This document shows, one piece after another, positions 32,316 to 42,813 of a stretch of DNA of 64,000 nucleotides; the first letter of the stretch is position 1, and each line of letters starts with the position of its first letter. Under the pieces are notes generated by a model, which made no database searches, was not told the DNA's origin, and worked only from the letters and a program-made list of their open reading frames with translations. Source of the DNA: Candidatus Bathyarchaeota archaeon (GTDB taxonomy: Archaea > Thermoproteota > Bathyarchaeia > Bathyarchaeales > Bathycorpusculaceae); assembly GCA_963717465.1 (NCBI GenBank), contig OY970340.1:1344001-1408000 (forward strand), in the 5' to 3' direction. The translations under genes were made by a program, and so were the position numbers.

Positions 32316-32909
32316 TCATATTATCTTTGGGATTAATCGTTTCGTTCGTTTCATGTACTGTGCATAGCTGTTGCCTAATTCTTTGACAAGGACTTTTTCT
32401 TCCACGTGTATCCTGTAACCATAGACTAATCCGAAAATTGCTATATCAATAAATAATGCTGCCCAAGACTGTACTGCCAATCCCATGCCAACGAAGAAAA
32501 CTAGAACTCCAGTGTACGAGGGATGTCTTACCAGACGGTAAGGCCCAGTTTCCACAATTTTATGTTCTTCCTGAACGCCTAGGATTTGAGAGAAATAGCG
32601 GCCAAGTACAGCAATAGCATATTGTCTAATCATAATTCCAACAAGCATAACTGCAATGCCTATGTAATACGACCAGTCAGGCAACAAGCCAAAACCAGCC
32701 TTAGCAAAGCCTACTGTAAAGGCTATGACGGCAACCCAAGAAATAATCACCATCGTGTTTGAGCCCACATTTCTCCGTTTCACTCTTGCGCCACCCCGCC
32801 TTAATGCTGGAATAATTACACCCCCAATTTGTTCACAAACAAAGAAAGCAACAATTACGATTATGAAACCGACGGCTGCAGAGTTCGAAGTCAAAACTGT
32901 TGAAACCAT
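32316..32909 (-). CDS. Isoprenylcysteine carboxyl methyltransferase (ICMT/PEMT) family membrane protein
   Basis: LGRYFS, GPYRLVRHPSY, RIHVEEKVL, Y..YMKRTKRLIP. Confidence 0.9.
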   Translation of the reverse strand: MVSTVLTSNSAAVGFIIVIVAFFVCEQIGGVIIPALRRGGARVKRRNVGSNTMVIISWVAVIAFTVGFAKAGFGLLPDWSYYIGIAVMLVGIMIRQYAIAVLGRYFSQILGVQEEHKIVETGPYRLVRHPSYTGVLVFFVGMGLAVQSWAALFIDIAIFGLVYGYRIHVEEKVLVKELGNSYAQYMKRTKRLIPKII

Positions 32910-33082
32910 GCTTATCGAACGCGTATTAATTATAGGTATAACTTATGTGTATCTGAAAATTCATAATACTTAGTTACATGACACGTCAAACCAAGCTAAA
33001 TGCTTCCCAAAACTTTTTTTTGGCAATTTCAATCGCTATCTTGACCGCAAGTCTTAAAAGATTTATTAAATAATTCCATTAA

Positions 33083-33424
33083 TTGATTATCATGGTTTAT
33101 TGCAGTAAATGCGGTACTCAAAATCCTGATGGTGCAAAAGTTTGCTCTAATTGCGGTGCACCCCTCTATGAAGTAGGTGCACAGTATCCTGGTAGCGAAA
33201 GGGAACATTACAAGCGAATGGAACATGAGTGTTTTGGCATACCTAATGGCGGAATGATAGTGGGCTTAATTGTAGGCTTAATAATCATAGTTGCTGGTAT
33301 AGGTATATTTTTCGGCGTTAACTTTTGGACCTATTTATGGCCGTTAATTATAATAATTTTCGGCATACTTATCATTCTGGCTGCGATTTTTGGACGACGA
33401 AGATACGGGCATCACCATTACTGA
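33083..33424 (+). CDS. Zinc-ribbon membrane protein
   Basis: YCSKCG..NPDGAKVCSNCG plus two TM helices. Confidence 0.8.
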   Translation: MIIMVYCSKCGTQNPDGAKVCSNCGAPLYEVGAQYPGSEREHYKRMEHECFGIPNGGMIVGLIVGLIIIVAGIGIFFGVNFWTYLWPLIIIIFGILIILAAIFGRRRYGHHHY

Positions 33425-34113
33425 AAGCACGATTGACACTTGTAGCAAATTCTTCTATTATTCCATTCAGATAACGAAATCCTAAACCACAGGAGAAATA
33501 AGATTAGTCCAAATACGTAAAGGTCTAAAAGTAAACTTTTCACTATCGAATCTACCTCAACCAAGGTTACCAATGAACCAATAACAAAAACAGCGTTGAG
33601 AATTGCTTTGGCGAATCCCGAGAATTTTGTTTGAGTTAGCCCTGCAAGCATTAAGATTTCACCCATTGCAACTATCCAAATGCTCCCCCCAGTTAAACTT
33701 AGATTGCCGGAAAAGTAGAGAATGGTTCCTACTAACGCAATGATGGCTCCGACTAGCAAGCCGCTGCATGCCGCACAAAAAGTTTGCTCTCCAACTTTGA
33801 TACGATTACTTGAGAAGTTCTGGCAATCCGGATGATGACCTTTAATCTTCAAAGGTTTAGGAACCGTGTTTATTTTAGCTGGGATGTTTTGAGCATGCTG
33901 AAATGCGCCTCGACATTTTGTTGGGAAAAATACAGCTGCAATTCCTAGCAGGCAAAGAGCGCAGAACAAAACTCCAATCAGGCTGCGTTCCACCAGTGGC
34001 TGAGGATTCTCTAAATTCGGTTGCGAAACAATGGCAAAAATAAGGGCAAGTCCAATGATTGATATTAACAATGAGAATAGAATAGGAAAAATTGAAGCTT
34101 GCTGTCTATTCAT
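33418..34113 (-). CDS. Cys-rich integral membrane hypothetical protein
   Basis: Multiple TM segments, GHHPDC, FCAACSG, CYKCQSC. Confidence 0.6.
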   Translation of the reverse strand: MNRQQASIFPILFSLLISIIGLALIFAIVSQPNLENPQPLVERSLIGVLFCALCLLGIAAVFFPTKCRGAFQHAQNIPAKINTVPKPLKIKGHHPDCQNFSSNRIKVGEQTFCAACSGLLVGAIIALVGTILYFSGNLSLTGGSIWIVAMGEILMLAGLTQTKFSGFAKAILNAVFVIGSLVTLVEVDSIVKSLLLDLYVFGLILFLLWFRISLSEWNNRRICYKCQSCFQ

Positions 34114-34121
34114 TATCTCGC

Positions 34122-35561
34122 CTAGAACATTGACTTAAATCTTCCCATTACTCCACTTTGAGCCATGTGCCAAAAAACCTCTCTTTTCAACCTGTTTTCT
34201 GAGAATAGTCCGCCAAGCCTTCGATTCCACTGTCCATAAAAGCTGCGGTAGCAGCCGTACAGTTCTTCTTGCACCTGTTGAACCGAAAGTTCTTCAGTCG
34301 GCATTATCGCGTGGATCATGTCGTAGTGTGACCAGTTTTTATCTTTAATCCAGCCGTTGCGTTTTGCTTCGTTGTAGATTTCTGTTCCTGGGAAAGGCGT
34401 GAGGGTTCCGAACATTACAAGGTCTGGGTCTAACTCGTTAGTGAATTTTTTAAGTTGGGTTATGGTTTGTTTTGTGTCTTTGCGATTGCCAATTATGATC
34501 ATGGCGTGTGCGAAAATTCCGTTTTGTTTCAGCAGGTGTACTGCTTCTTTTGCGTCCATTGGTGTTATACCTTTTTTGAAACTTTCTAATGTTTGCTGGC
34601 TCGAGTTTTCTACGCCGAGAAGTACCCAAATTAATCCTGACTTGCGCAGGCGGGGCAGTGCTTCTTTGTTGCGTATAATATCGTCGCATCGAGCTTGAAC
34701 AAACCATGTTACATCTTCGGGAAGCTTTCGCTCAATTATTTCTTCGGCTATTTCTATTGGTCGTTGTCCTGATCCGAAGTTGTCGTCAGTTAGCCAAATG
34801 AATTTGCTTCCAAATTCGCGGTTGCAGAAAGCCATTTCATCGGCTATCCGTTTTGCTGACTTGACGCGCCAGCATGCTTGCCAGTGTCGCCATTGAGTGC
34901 AAAAAGTGCATTGGTGATTGCATCCGCGGGAGCCTTCGATTAGTGCGTAGGGGTTGTTTTTTCCTCCCATGATTCTGAAGTGGTATTTTTTCAGGTTCTC
35001 TTTAACGAGGTGATATCCTGGAAAAGGTAAGTCCTCAATGTTTTCCATTAAGGGTCTGATGGAATTATGAGTGATTGCCTTGTTGTTTGTGTACGAAATG
35101 CCCTGGATATTGCTAAAGCTGGTTTTGGATTGGTGTGCTCTGATGAGTTCGGTGAATGCTTGTTCGCCTTCTCCTCGCACGATCACGTCGATTTCAGGGA
35201 ATTGCTGTAGGCTTTCTTGGGCAGTAGCGGTGAAATGTTGACCGCCTGTTACGGTTAGAACATTTGGAATAACACGTTTGGCAGTTTCAAGTGTTTTAGC
35301 TACAGCGTAAGTATTGCAGGTGGCCAATGAAGCGCAAGCTACCACGTCAGGCTTTGATGCAGCTATGCGTTGCTCCATGTTTTTCCAGTCCACTTTTTCA
35401 GCGTTGCAATCAAGCACCTCCACTCGTACATCATTCAGATGCTTTTCCAGGTACGCGCCAAGCTGAATGATGCCGTACGGCGGGGGAAGATATTCGCCCA
35501 TTACAAAGAATATGTCTTTAGGTGGCTCAATAAACAGGATTTTCAACTGTCTTTTCCTCAA
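34122..35561 (-). CDS. Cobalamin-dependent radical SAM protein
   Basis: B12-binding N-terminus (PPYG, GGQH, GEGE), SRGCNHQCTFC, TPFPGT. Confidence 0.93.
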   Translation of the reverse strand: MRKRQLKILFIEPPKDIFFVMGEYLPPPYGIIQLGAYLEKHLNDVRVEVLDCNAEKVDWKNMEQRIAASKPDVVACASLATCNTYAVAKTLETAKRVIPNVLTVTGGQHFTATAQESLQQFPEIDVIVRGEGEQAFTELIRAHQSKTSFSNIQGISYTNNKAITHNSIRPLMENIEDLPFPGYHLVKENLKKYHFRIMGGKNNPYALIEGSRGCNHQCTFCTQWRHWQACWRVKSAKRIADEMAFCNREFGSKFIWLTDDNFGSGQRPIEIAEEIIERKLPEDVTWFVQARCDDIIRNKEALPRLRKSGLIWVLLGVENSSQQTLESFKKGITPMDAKEAVHLLKQNGIFAHAMIIIGNRKDTKQTITQLKKFTNELDPDLVMFGTLTPFPGTEIYNEAKRNGWIKDKNWSHYDMIHAIMPTEELSVQQVQEELYGCYRSFYGQWNRRLGGLFSENRLKREVFWHMAQSGVMGRFKSMF

Positions 35562-35890
35562 ACGTTAATGCTTTTTATAGTGAATGTTAGACTTAAAATT
35601 GCTCCTATTGTCGATTTAAAATCCAACGATAAGTATTAGACAGAACTGATGGCAAAAAGTAGAAAAACAAAAGAATTGAACATGACAGGCTTAGGCTAGT
35701 GCTCCAAAAATTTATTTGCCAAACAGGCTGTTTTCAGATAGCGTTATAGTTTAGATTTTTAATAAATTCCTCTCTTGCGCCCGGGTTTCTTGTTTGCTGC
35801 TCATTTGCACTTTTAGCTGCCATCTAGCCCTGTGGGCAGGTTCTCGACAGTCGTCAGCCGTGTGACACGCAGGGTTTACGCCAAAGAACT

Positions 35891-35940
35891 GAGGATGAGA
35901 ATTGAACCCTTTACCCCCAACTCAGAAGGGAAGGTGCTGG
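35891..35940 (-). pseudogene. Degenerate tRNA-Arg-like fragment
   Basis: GAACCCT-nn-ACCCCCAACT-n-AG-n-AGG...GGTGCT aligns with 56484-56517. Confidence 0.45.
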
Positions 35941-36522
35941 TTCACTCGCATAAGCGTTTGCTATGTCATCGGTGAAGGTGACAAAAACTATATGTTTAGC
36001 TTAACAAAATGCTTTTTTGTAGGGAAGAATTTGTTGGCGATAAGACCTGCAACATTGGCTGATTTAAGTGCGATCACCGAGATTTATAACGATGCTATAC
36101 TTCACACTACTGCCACTTTTGACACTCAGCCTAAGACTTTGGAGGAACAGAACGTTTGGTTTGCAAATCACGGCTCCAAGTATCCAGTGTTGGTTGCTGA
36201 GGATGAGGGTAAAGTTCTTAGTTGGGCGTCTCTAAGTAAATGGTCTAATCGGTGTGCATACTCTGACACGGCTGAGGTCTCACTTTATGTCAGAAAAGAG
36301 TACCGCAGACAAGGAATTGGAAGACAGCTTCTTAAAGCGCTCATCTTGGAAGGCGAAAAAGTACATTTGCACACGTTGCTTGCTCTAATAACTGAGGGCA
36401 ACGAGCCAAGCATAAACCTCTTCAAATCGGAACAATTCCAAACTATTGGCGTCATGAGAGAGGTCGGCCGAAAGTTTAGCAGTCTTCTCGATGTCCACAT
36501 ACTGCAAAAAATCTATAAATAG
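35902..36522 (+). CDS. GNAT N-acetyltransferase (phosphinothricin acetyltransferase/YncA-like); real start likely ~36031
   Basis: IRPAT.ADL.AI.EIYN, TATFD, RRQGIG, GVMREVG.KF..LLDV. Confidence 0.88.
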   Translation: MNPLPPTQKGRCWFTRISVCYVIGEGDKNYMFSLTKCFFVGKNLLAIRPATLADLSAITEIYNDAILHTTATFDTQPKTLEEQNVWFANHGSKYPVLVAEDEGKVLSWASLSKWSNRCAYSDTAEVSLYVRKEYRRQGIGRQLLKALILEGEKVHLHTLLALITEGNEPSINLFKSEQFQTIGVMREVGRKFSSLLDVHILQKIYK

Positions 36523-36734
36523 AATTCAATAACGGGCAGGGATTTGACCCTCAGCCTTGTGGATTCAGATAGGATTATTTTTTAACTTGTTACATAGCGA
36601 TCAAGCATTCTGCCGTATCGTGAGCTTGTCATTCTGCTCGGAAAGTAAATGAATGCTCAGAAAAGCAAAACTTTACTTGGGGCATACTAGAGTTTTTAGG
36701 GAAAAAGAGGGAGCAATCACTGAAGCAGAGAATA

Positions 36735-37515
36735 ATGGCTACAGAAAGTAGTGAAGACTTAAAACAGGAAATTGCTGATTACTGGAATAAGGGGCTTCAA
36801 ATTTGGATAAAAAATAATGTTTTGGATGAAGAGACCAAGCATAGCGAAGCTTACCAAAAAGAGTTTAGAGCTTTAGTTGGAAATGAGCAATTAAAATCTC
36901 TGGATGTAGGGACTGGGTTTGGTTTTATCGCAACAGTTTTCGCGAAAGTTGGGGCATGATGTCACTGGAATAGATATCAGTAAAGACATGTTAGTTGCTG
37001 CAGAAAAATATACTAACGAACAAAAGGTTAAGGTGCAACTCTATGAGGCATGGGCATCTGAGACTCCTTTTGGAGATAATGAATTTGATGTTGTTGTAAA
37101 CCGAGTGGTTTTCTGGACCCTCCCAGACCCCTCGAAAGCTATCAAGGAGTGGATAAGAGTGGCAAAATCAGGCGGCAGAATAATTATAATAGAGTGGGAG
37201 GGCATTGGAGGAGTTAGGAAACTTTTTCTCCAAATAATACAAGCTATGAGAGCTGTGCGAAGAGGAGAAAAAATAATAGAAAGTCAGCATAGCTATTCAA
37301 AGAGCACATGGGAAAAGCTTCCTTTCGGCCCAATGAACAAACGTTTAAGAGTTGAACAATGGCCCCAATACTTATCCTGCTTTCAAGTAGAGCAAATAAA
37401 AGTTAAAGATATCTCTTATGTCGACCAAGCGGAAAACAAAGCTTTCAGTGTTGAGTGGCTTATCAAGTATTTCCTTCCTCGTAGACTGATGATAACTTGT
37501 AAGGTAAAAAAATGA
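36735..37515 (+). CDS. Class I SAM-dependent methyltransferase (frameshift near 36945)
   Basis: LDVGTGFG in first piece; GIDIS..ML, PF.DNEFD, EWIRV.K.GG in second. Confidence 0.85.
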
Positions 37516-37638
37516 AAAGCAATGTTACATCAAAATAAAAACATGCTAAAAATTTTCTTCAGTCTGATCCTTTTTCTGTTTGGACTTTATAATGAGGAGG
37601 TTGTTAATTAGCAAAGTAAACATTTATTGATTTGAAAC

Positions 37639-38427
37639 TCAAAGTGCTGAGCTTTTTTTGATTAATGGCACGGCGATTTTTCGGGAAATTTCGCCCCCTA
37701 AATAAATAATTTTAATGTCGACGCCGTAAGTCTCTTTTAGATTGTTTTCAGTCATTACCTCGTCGACATTGCCAATCGCTATGAAAGTCTTATTTTTCAT
37801 CAAAGCGACTTTGTCTGATATATAAAAAGCATGGTCTGGAAAATGTGAGGTCATTACGATACACAATTTCTCTTTAGCAAGTTTTCTTATTAGCTCAATT
37901 GTGCGAACCTGATTAGCAATGTCCAGATGAGAAGTAGGTTCATCTAGCAACAAGATTTCTGGTGCTTGAGCCAAGACTCTTGCAAACAGTACTAGTTGCA
38001 TTTCGCCGCCGCTTAACTTTGTATAAGGCTTATCTCGTAAATGATCAATCTCTAATGTGTGAATCGCTTTTTCAGCAAGTGCGTAATCTTTCTGGGAGGG
38101 TGTCGCTAACAAATTTAAATGTGGGGTCCTACCCATAAGAACTACATCTAATACTTTATAGGGAAATGTCGGCGTATGGGTTTGTGCAATAAAACCGATT
38201 TTCTTAGCTAGGTTGGCTGGAGAAAATAGAGCAATGTCTTTGCCGCCAACTAAAACCTTACCTTTACACATTTTGTACAATCCGCCGACGCATCTTAGCA
38301 AGGTTGATTTTCCAGTTCCGTTTGGACCTAAAATGCAAAAAATTTCTCCTGAGTTTACGGAGAAAGATAAATCTTCAAAAATATTCTTGTTCGGGGTATA
38401 TGCGAACGTGACTTTGTCAGCTTCCAA
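37639..38427 (-). CDS. ABC transporter ATP-binding protein (FecE/BtuD-type)
   Basis: GPNGTGKS, LSGGE, LLLDEPTSHLD. Confidence 0.93.
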   Translation of the reverse strand: MEADKVTFAYTPNKNIFEDLSFSVNSGEIFCILGPNGTGKSTLLRCVGGLYKMCKGKVLVGGKDIALFSPANLAKKIGFIAQTHTPTFPYKVLDVVLMGRTPHLNLLATPSQKDYALAEKAIHTLEIDHLRDKPYTKLSGGEMQLVLFARVLAQAPEILLLDEPTSHLDIANQVRTIELIRKLAKEKLCIVMTSHFPDHAFYISDKVALMKNKTFIAIGNVDEVMTENNLKETYGVDIKIIYLGGEISRKIAVPLIKKSSAL

Positions 38428-38439
38428 TTTTGCTGGCAG

Positions 38440-39471
38440 CTAAGGCCAAGCCTCCGAATTCTTCTTTAGGATGTACAAGAAAACCGGCGCGCCAACAATT
38501 GAAGTAACGATGCTGATCGGAATTTCATATGATACTAGACTTCTACAAAGAGTATCAACTATCAGAAGGAAAGAGGCGCCGAGAAGCATTGATGAGGGAA
38601 TTAAAATTTTATTGTCTGGTCCCCCTAACATGCGAGAGATTTGGGGAATCACCAAGCCAATCCAGCCGATTGTTCCACAAATGCTAATTGACGCTGCCGT
38701 GATTAAAGTAACACATACAATAAAAATTGCTTTTAGAGTGGTTGTGTTAACTCCAAGTGCCCTAGCCTCTTCATCACCCATGGATAAAGCATTGAGGCGC
38801 CATCGTAGTAAGAATAAAATTATCATGCATGTAATCAAAATAGGCGCAAGTTCATAGACGCTTGTCCAGTCAGCTGCAGCAAATGAACCAAGTAGCCAGA
38901 ACAGAATGTTGGGGAGTTTGCTTACGACGGATGAAGCGGGATTTGCATAAAGATATTCCATAAGTGATAGCATTGCTGTAAAAAGGCTTCCAATTATTAT
39001 GCCAGCCAAAACGAGCACAAGAGTTTGATTACCGCCCCAGAAGCGGCTAATCAAATAGGTTAATCCAACTGCAAGTAAACCGAATGCAAAAGCAAAAATT
39101 TGTAAGGTGTAGAAATTCTGATTTGTTATGATGGCGATGGTGGCCCCTACACTGGCCCCTGCCTGAACGCCCAGTATTGATTCGGATACTAGTGGGTTAC
39201 GGAACATCCCTTGAAAAGTGGCTCCTGAAACAGCTAGCCCTGCGCCTACAAGAATCACCGTTAACGCTCTTGGAAACCTAATGCTCCAGACAATTAAGGA
39301 GTCAACTAGCGTCCAAGATGGCTGAATATAAAAAAACTTTGACGCCAACATAAGAAGGATGGTGTAAGGGCTGATGAAGTAGCGGCCAATAAACAGCGTA
39401 ACAAAGAAAGTAGCTCCAAGTAAAATCAGAAGAGTTACTATAATTGATGGCTGACTAAGTTTCATGCCCAA
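38440..39471 (-). CDS. FecCD/BtuC-family ABC permease
   Basis: IRFPR, FQGMFRNPLV, GDEEARALG, IGWIGLVIP. Confidence 0.93.
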   Translation of the reverse strand: MGMKLSQPSIIVTLLILLGATFFVTLFIGRYFISPYTILLMLASKFFYIQPSWTLVDSLIVWSIRFPRALTVILVGAGLAVSGATFQGMFRNPLVSESILGVQAGASVGATIAIITNQNFYTLQIFAFAFGLLAVGLTYLISRFWGGNQTLVLVLAGIIIGSLFTAMLSLMEYLYANPASSVVSKLPNILFWLLGSFAAADWTSVYELAPILITCMIILFLLRWRLNALSMGDEEARALGVNTTTLKAIFIVCVTLITAASISICGTIGWIGLVIPQISRMLGGPDNKILIPSSMLLGASFLLIVDTLCRSLVSYEIPISIVTSIVGAPVFLYILKKNSEAWP

Positions 39472-39664
39472 CCGCCTTATATTCTGTATTGTTTTCGATA
39501 ATTAGACTGGTCTTCTTTACGCTTGTTCTTTTGGACAGCTGGCTTTTATGATCCCACAATTTATTCAGCAAGTAGGGTTTTTTACAAAAAAAGATAGAGG
39601 GAAGGTCAGGTTTCAATTTTGTTTCCGTCTTCTTACCTCGACACTTGTTGTGGCTAATTTAGGT

Positions 39665-40762
39665 TTATGGTGCTGTCAGTATAGAGTTTGCTTGAGATCC
39701 GGACATTGTGTAGTTTAAGAACTCAGAGTAGAAGGACTGCATTGTAGTCGTCATGTTCACGTTTGCAAATATTGTTGGGTAAAGCTCTTTAGCGAGCCAT
39801 TGGTATTCTAAGGCGCTTTCAGGAGATAGACCATCCCAGTTGTATATGCCTTCAGGATTAACTATCACGTCTTTATTTTGTACAGCAGTTAAGCCTTGCC
39901 AGTTACTGTCAGCATAAATTGCGGTAGAATCGCCTGTTGTAGAATCAACTAGGACAATTTGTGGGGTATACTGTAATATAGTCTCCATATCTACGGTTTC
40001 GTACCCGTTGTTTCCGTTAGTAACGTTGCCAACGACGTTAACGCCTCCAGCTACTTGGATATAGCTATCCTCAAAAGTGTTGGCTCCTGCAATCTCTGCG
40101 CCTCCGTTAGTGATGCTTTCAGCGAATAGTATTGTTGGTCTTGAATTGATTGGGACGCCTGCGAGGGCCAATGTGATATTTGCGATTTCAGTATTGACGT
40201 ATGATGTGTATGCGTTGGCTTGGCTAATTGCATTGCCGCCGAAGAAGTTGCCTAGAAAATTTATTAGTTGTAAGTCTGTTTGGGTTGATGAGGGATTTTT
40301 TATTATAACTACTGGGATCCCCGTGCTTTCGACTTGGCTAAGTCTTGAATCAGTGGAATACATGAAGACAACTTGTGGCTTTGCTGCTAATAGTGATTCA
40401 GTGTTGACGGTTGATCCTGAGTACGGGTAGTTTGTTAGATTTAATAGTTCTGGATAAAGTTGTTTGAAGATGCTTGAGAAGCTTGTATTGACTGCAAGAT
40501 TAGGCGCAACCTCATATTTAGCAACGCCAAGCATGATAAAGTCAACGTCTACTGCTGGGTAGGGGACTGAAACTCTGGTTATGTTATAGGGGACCGTTAC
40601 GTTATTTCCTGCCATGTCAACAATAGATTTAGTGGCTGGAGTGGTTGAAGTCGTTGAAGTTGATGAGGTCTTATTGTTTAATGCATTGTAAGCAAACAGT
40701 GAACCTGCTGCCGCGATAATTAAAATCACAACAAGTATTGTTACAATTAATTTACGTTCCAT
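39665..40762 (-). CDS. Iron-siderophore/cobalamin ABC substrate-binding protein
   Basis: N-terminal anchor, VDMAGNNVTVP, NTESLL..KP, LTAVQNK, WLAKELYP. Confidence 0.88.
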   Translation of the reverse strand: MERKLIVTILVVILIIAAAGSLFAYNALNNKTSSTSTTSTTPATKSIVDMAGNNVTVPYNITRVSVPYPAVDVDFIMLGVAKYEVAPNLAVNTSFSSIFKQLYPELLNLTNYPYSGSTVNTESLLAAKPQVVFMYSTDSRLSQVESTGIPVVIIKNPSSTQTDLQLINFLGNFFGGNAISQANAYTSYVNTEIANITLALAGVPINSRPTILFAESITNGGAEIAGANTFEDSYIQVAGGVNVVGNVTNGNNGYETVDMETILQYTPQIVLVDSTTGDSTAIYADSNWQGLTAVQNKDVIVNPEGIYNWDGLSPESALEYQWLAKELYPTIFANVNMTTTMQSFYSEFLNYTMSGSQANSILTAP

Positions 40763-41031
40763 CTTTTTCCTCTCGCTGATTAGGCGTTTACCGACATGAA
40801 TATTTAAACATAACGCAATTTAATGTAGCTTAAAATGGGCACTTGAGGTCTTAACATTAAACGAGACACCGCATCATCAGCACTAAAAAATAACCAACAT
40901 TATTTATAGCATGAAGGAAGTCAAATTTTGAACAGACGCTCAACAAAACTTTTAAAAAATGAGATGTTTTAGCTGGCCTGCTGTCAGTTTCGCTTGCAAG
41001 ATACGTAGCGTATGCTTTGGTGGACTGCTTT

Positions 41032-41487
41032 TTATCTTATGCTGCTGAAACTTTTGTGGCCTGATTCTTCTCCGTCTAGAGAGGCGCTGTGGTCTATAAA
41101 TCCTGTTTGAAGTATTGCTCTAAGTTCGCTTCGCAAACGTGATATGTTTTTTGAATAGTTTTTAAGCATTAAGAGTATTTTGCTAAGATTCATTTGCATG
41201 GCAAACATCAAGAGCATCATAAGGCTAACTGAAAGCATTAAGCTGGTTATGGGGTTGATTAAGGCAGTTAGCAAGCCTACAATCGCCACTGCGGAAATAT
41301 AAATTATGCTTTTAACTTTTCGCATACATATCACCAATATTTGGAAGGATAAAGCTTGCTTAAATATTTTATGAAATTGGAAGTATTTAACTAAGCGCCC
41401 AATAGTCGCATGCAATGCTATTTTGAAAGGGTCTGTAATTATTCTTTCGAAAGATGCAATTGCATAACTGGCAACTTCTAAAAGCAC
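41032..41487 (-). CDS. Small membrane hypothetical protein (start probably ~41325, MRKVKS)
   Basis: Two hydrophobic segments; start uncertain. Confidence 0.4.
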   Translation of the reverse strand: MLLEVASYAIASFERIITDPFKIALHATIGRLVKYFQFHKIFKQALSFQILVICMRKVKSIIYISAVAIVGLLTALINPITSLMLSVSLMMLLMFAMQMNLSKILLMLKNYSKNISRLRSELRAILQTGFIDHSASLDGEESGHKSFSSIR

Positions 41488-41689
41488 TTAGCAATCTGGC
41501 ATTAGTACCCGGCTTTCCCCTAACGTAGCAAGTGCTGAAGCATGGATAGACGAGAAATAGCAAATTAACCCCTCTTTTTTTATTGCACCATTAGTTTCTG
41601 AGCTGTTAAGGCAAGGCAGCTTTTTGAGATGGTAAAAGCGTCGTACCCGTAAAAGCGTGTGTTTGGAAAGTGTAATGCCTGACTTAGTC

Positions 41690-41915
41690 CTTCAACGAAT
41701 AGATTGTTAGGTAACCATTTTCTTGCTTTAGTGTTAATTTATCCCTTGCAAGAATGGGGTCGAGCACTTTTTTTAGTTGCTCATTTAGATTTGGTTTCAA
41801 TTTTTAGGGAAAAATCGCCTGTTTTGTCTTGGTTTAACGAGATTGAGTTAACATTCAACTGTTTTGAAAGTTCCAAAATCTCGCGTAGTAAAGCTACAGC
41901 TTTTTTCCTATCCAA
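41690..41915 (-). CDS. Small hypothetical protein, frameshifted paralog of 42074-42313 (not in ORF track)
   Basis: Minus strand reads LDRKKAVALLREIL...FSLKIE, then after shifts LKKVLDPIL..KLTLKQENGYLTIY; parallels MDRNRAIAVIEQIL...LIIY. Confidence 0.5.
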
Positions 41916-42073
41916 GTGAGCGTTCTCCTGCTTACTGACATGAAACGAACCTGTTAAAAACCTTTCATAAAAGGGTCTTTTCCTCGCAATTGTTCAACAT
42001 AAATATCCTTGAAGCACTAATCATGATTATAAGTAAACAATGAATAATTAGCCCTTCAAATTTTAAACAAGTT

Positions 42074-42313
42074 ATGGATCGGAACCGGGCAATAGCCGTG
42101 ATTGAGCAGATTTTAGGTAGCTGTGGCTTTTGCAAATCAATAGTACTCCTATTAGATCCAACCGATTGTTCAAAAATCGAGTGTAAGATAAAGATTGATG
42201 CAGATAGCAGCCAAAGGTCTGATATGTTCCAAGCGTGCGTGGAAAAAATCGTTAGAGAAAACGGTTTAGCTATTAGAAAAACAGACGCTTCGTTGATTAT
42301 TTACAAACCCTGA
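42074..42313 (+). CDS. Small hypothetical protein
   Basis: ATG-initiated 79 aa ORF with a divergent paralog next to it. Confidence 0.6.
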   Translation: MDRNRAIAVIEQILGSCGFCKSIVLLLDPTDCSKIECKIKIDADSSQRSDMFQACVEKIVRENGLAIRKTDASLIIYKP

Positions 42314-42477
42314 AAGAGAGGAATAACACTAATTTTCAAAGCTCATTAGCGACAGCCTATATTTCCGTTTGGCAAACAAACGCTAAACAACCTTTTACCT
42401 AAATTGGATACTGCCAAGAGATAGACTGCGCGTAACGCAAGTATTATGCCAAGCTCAAAAAGCCAGAGTTTATCCCG

Positions 42478-42503
42478 TGGCGGGCGGGGAGGGATTCGAA
42501 CCC
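42478..42503 (-). repeat. att site: duplicated 3' end of tRNA-Arg
   Basis: Identical to 56464-56489. Confidence 0.9.
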
Positions 42504-42813
42504 CGGCTTTGCTCGTGATTTCACTCGTAAAACTCCCTTTTTTGTGCGCAGTTGGCGAACATCAGCGGAGGCTAAAACATTTAAACATAGAATTATCAAT
42601 TGCCCACATTGCGGCAAGATCATCCCAGAGTACGTTCTCAAGGGAGAATCAAGAAAGAAATTCAGTGACCTGCCCCGAGTGCGGCAGCCAGAGGAACTGT
42701 GCGCGCTATAATGCAATTAAGCGGAGAACTGCGTCAGAGGTTTAGAATAGCTGACAGCATTGTTTCATGGATAACTTCAGGGCATCCTTGAGAGTCAAGA
42801 AGGCGATTGTAAG

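Noticed and set aside
36531..36575. tRNA-like fragment GGGCAGGGATTTGACCCTC
   Set aside because: Too short and degenerate; no cloverleaf and no exact match to the tRNAs in the window
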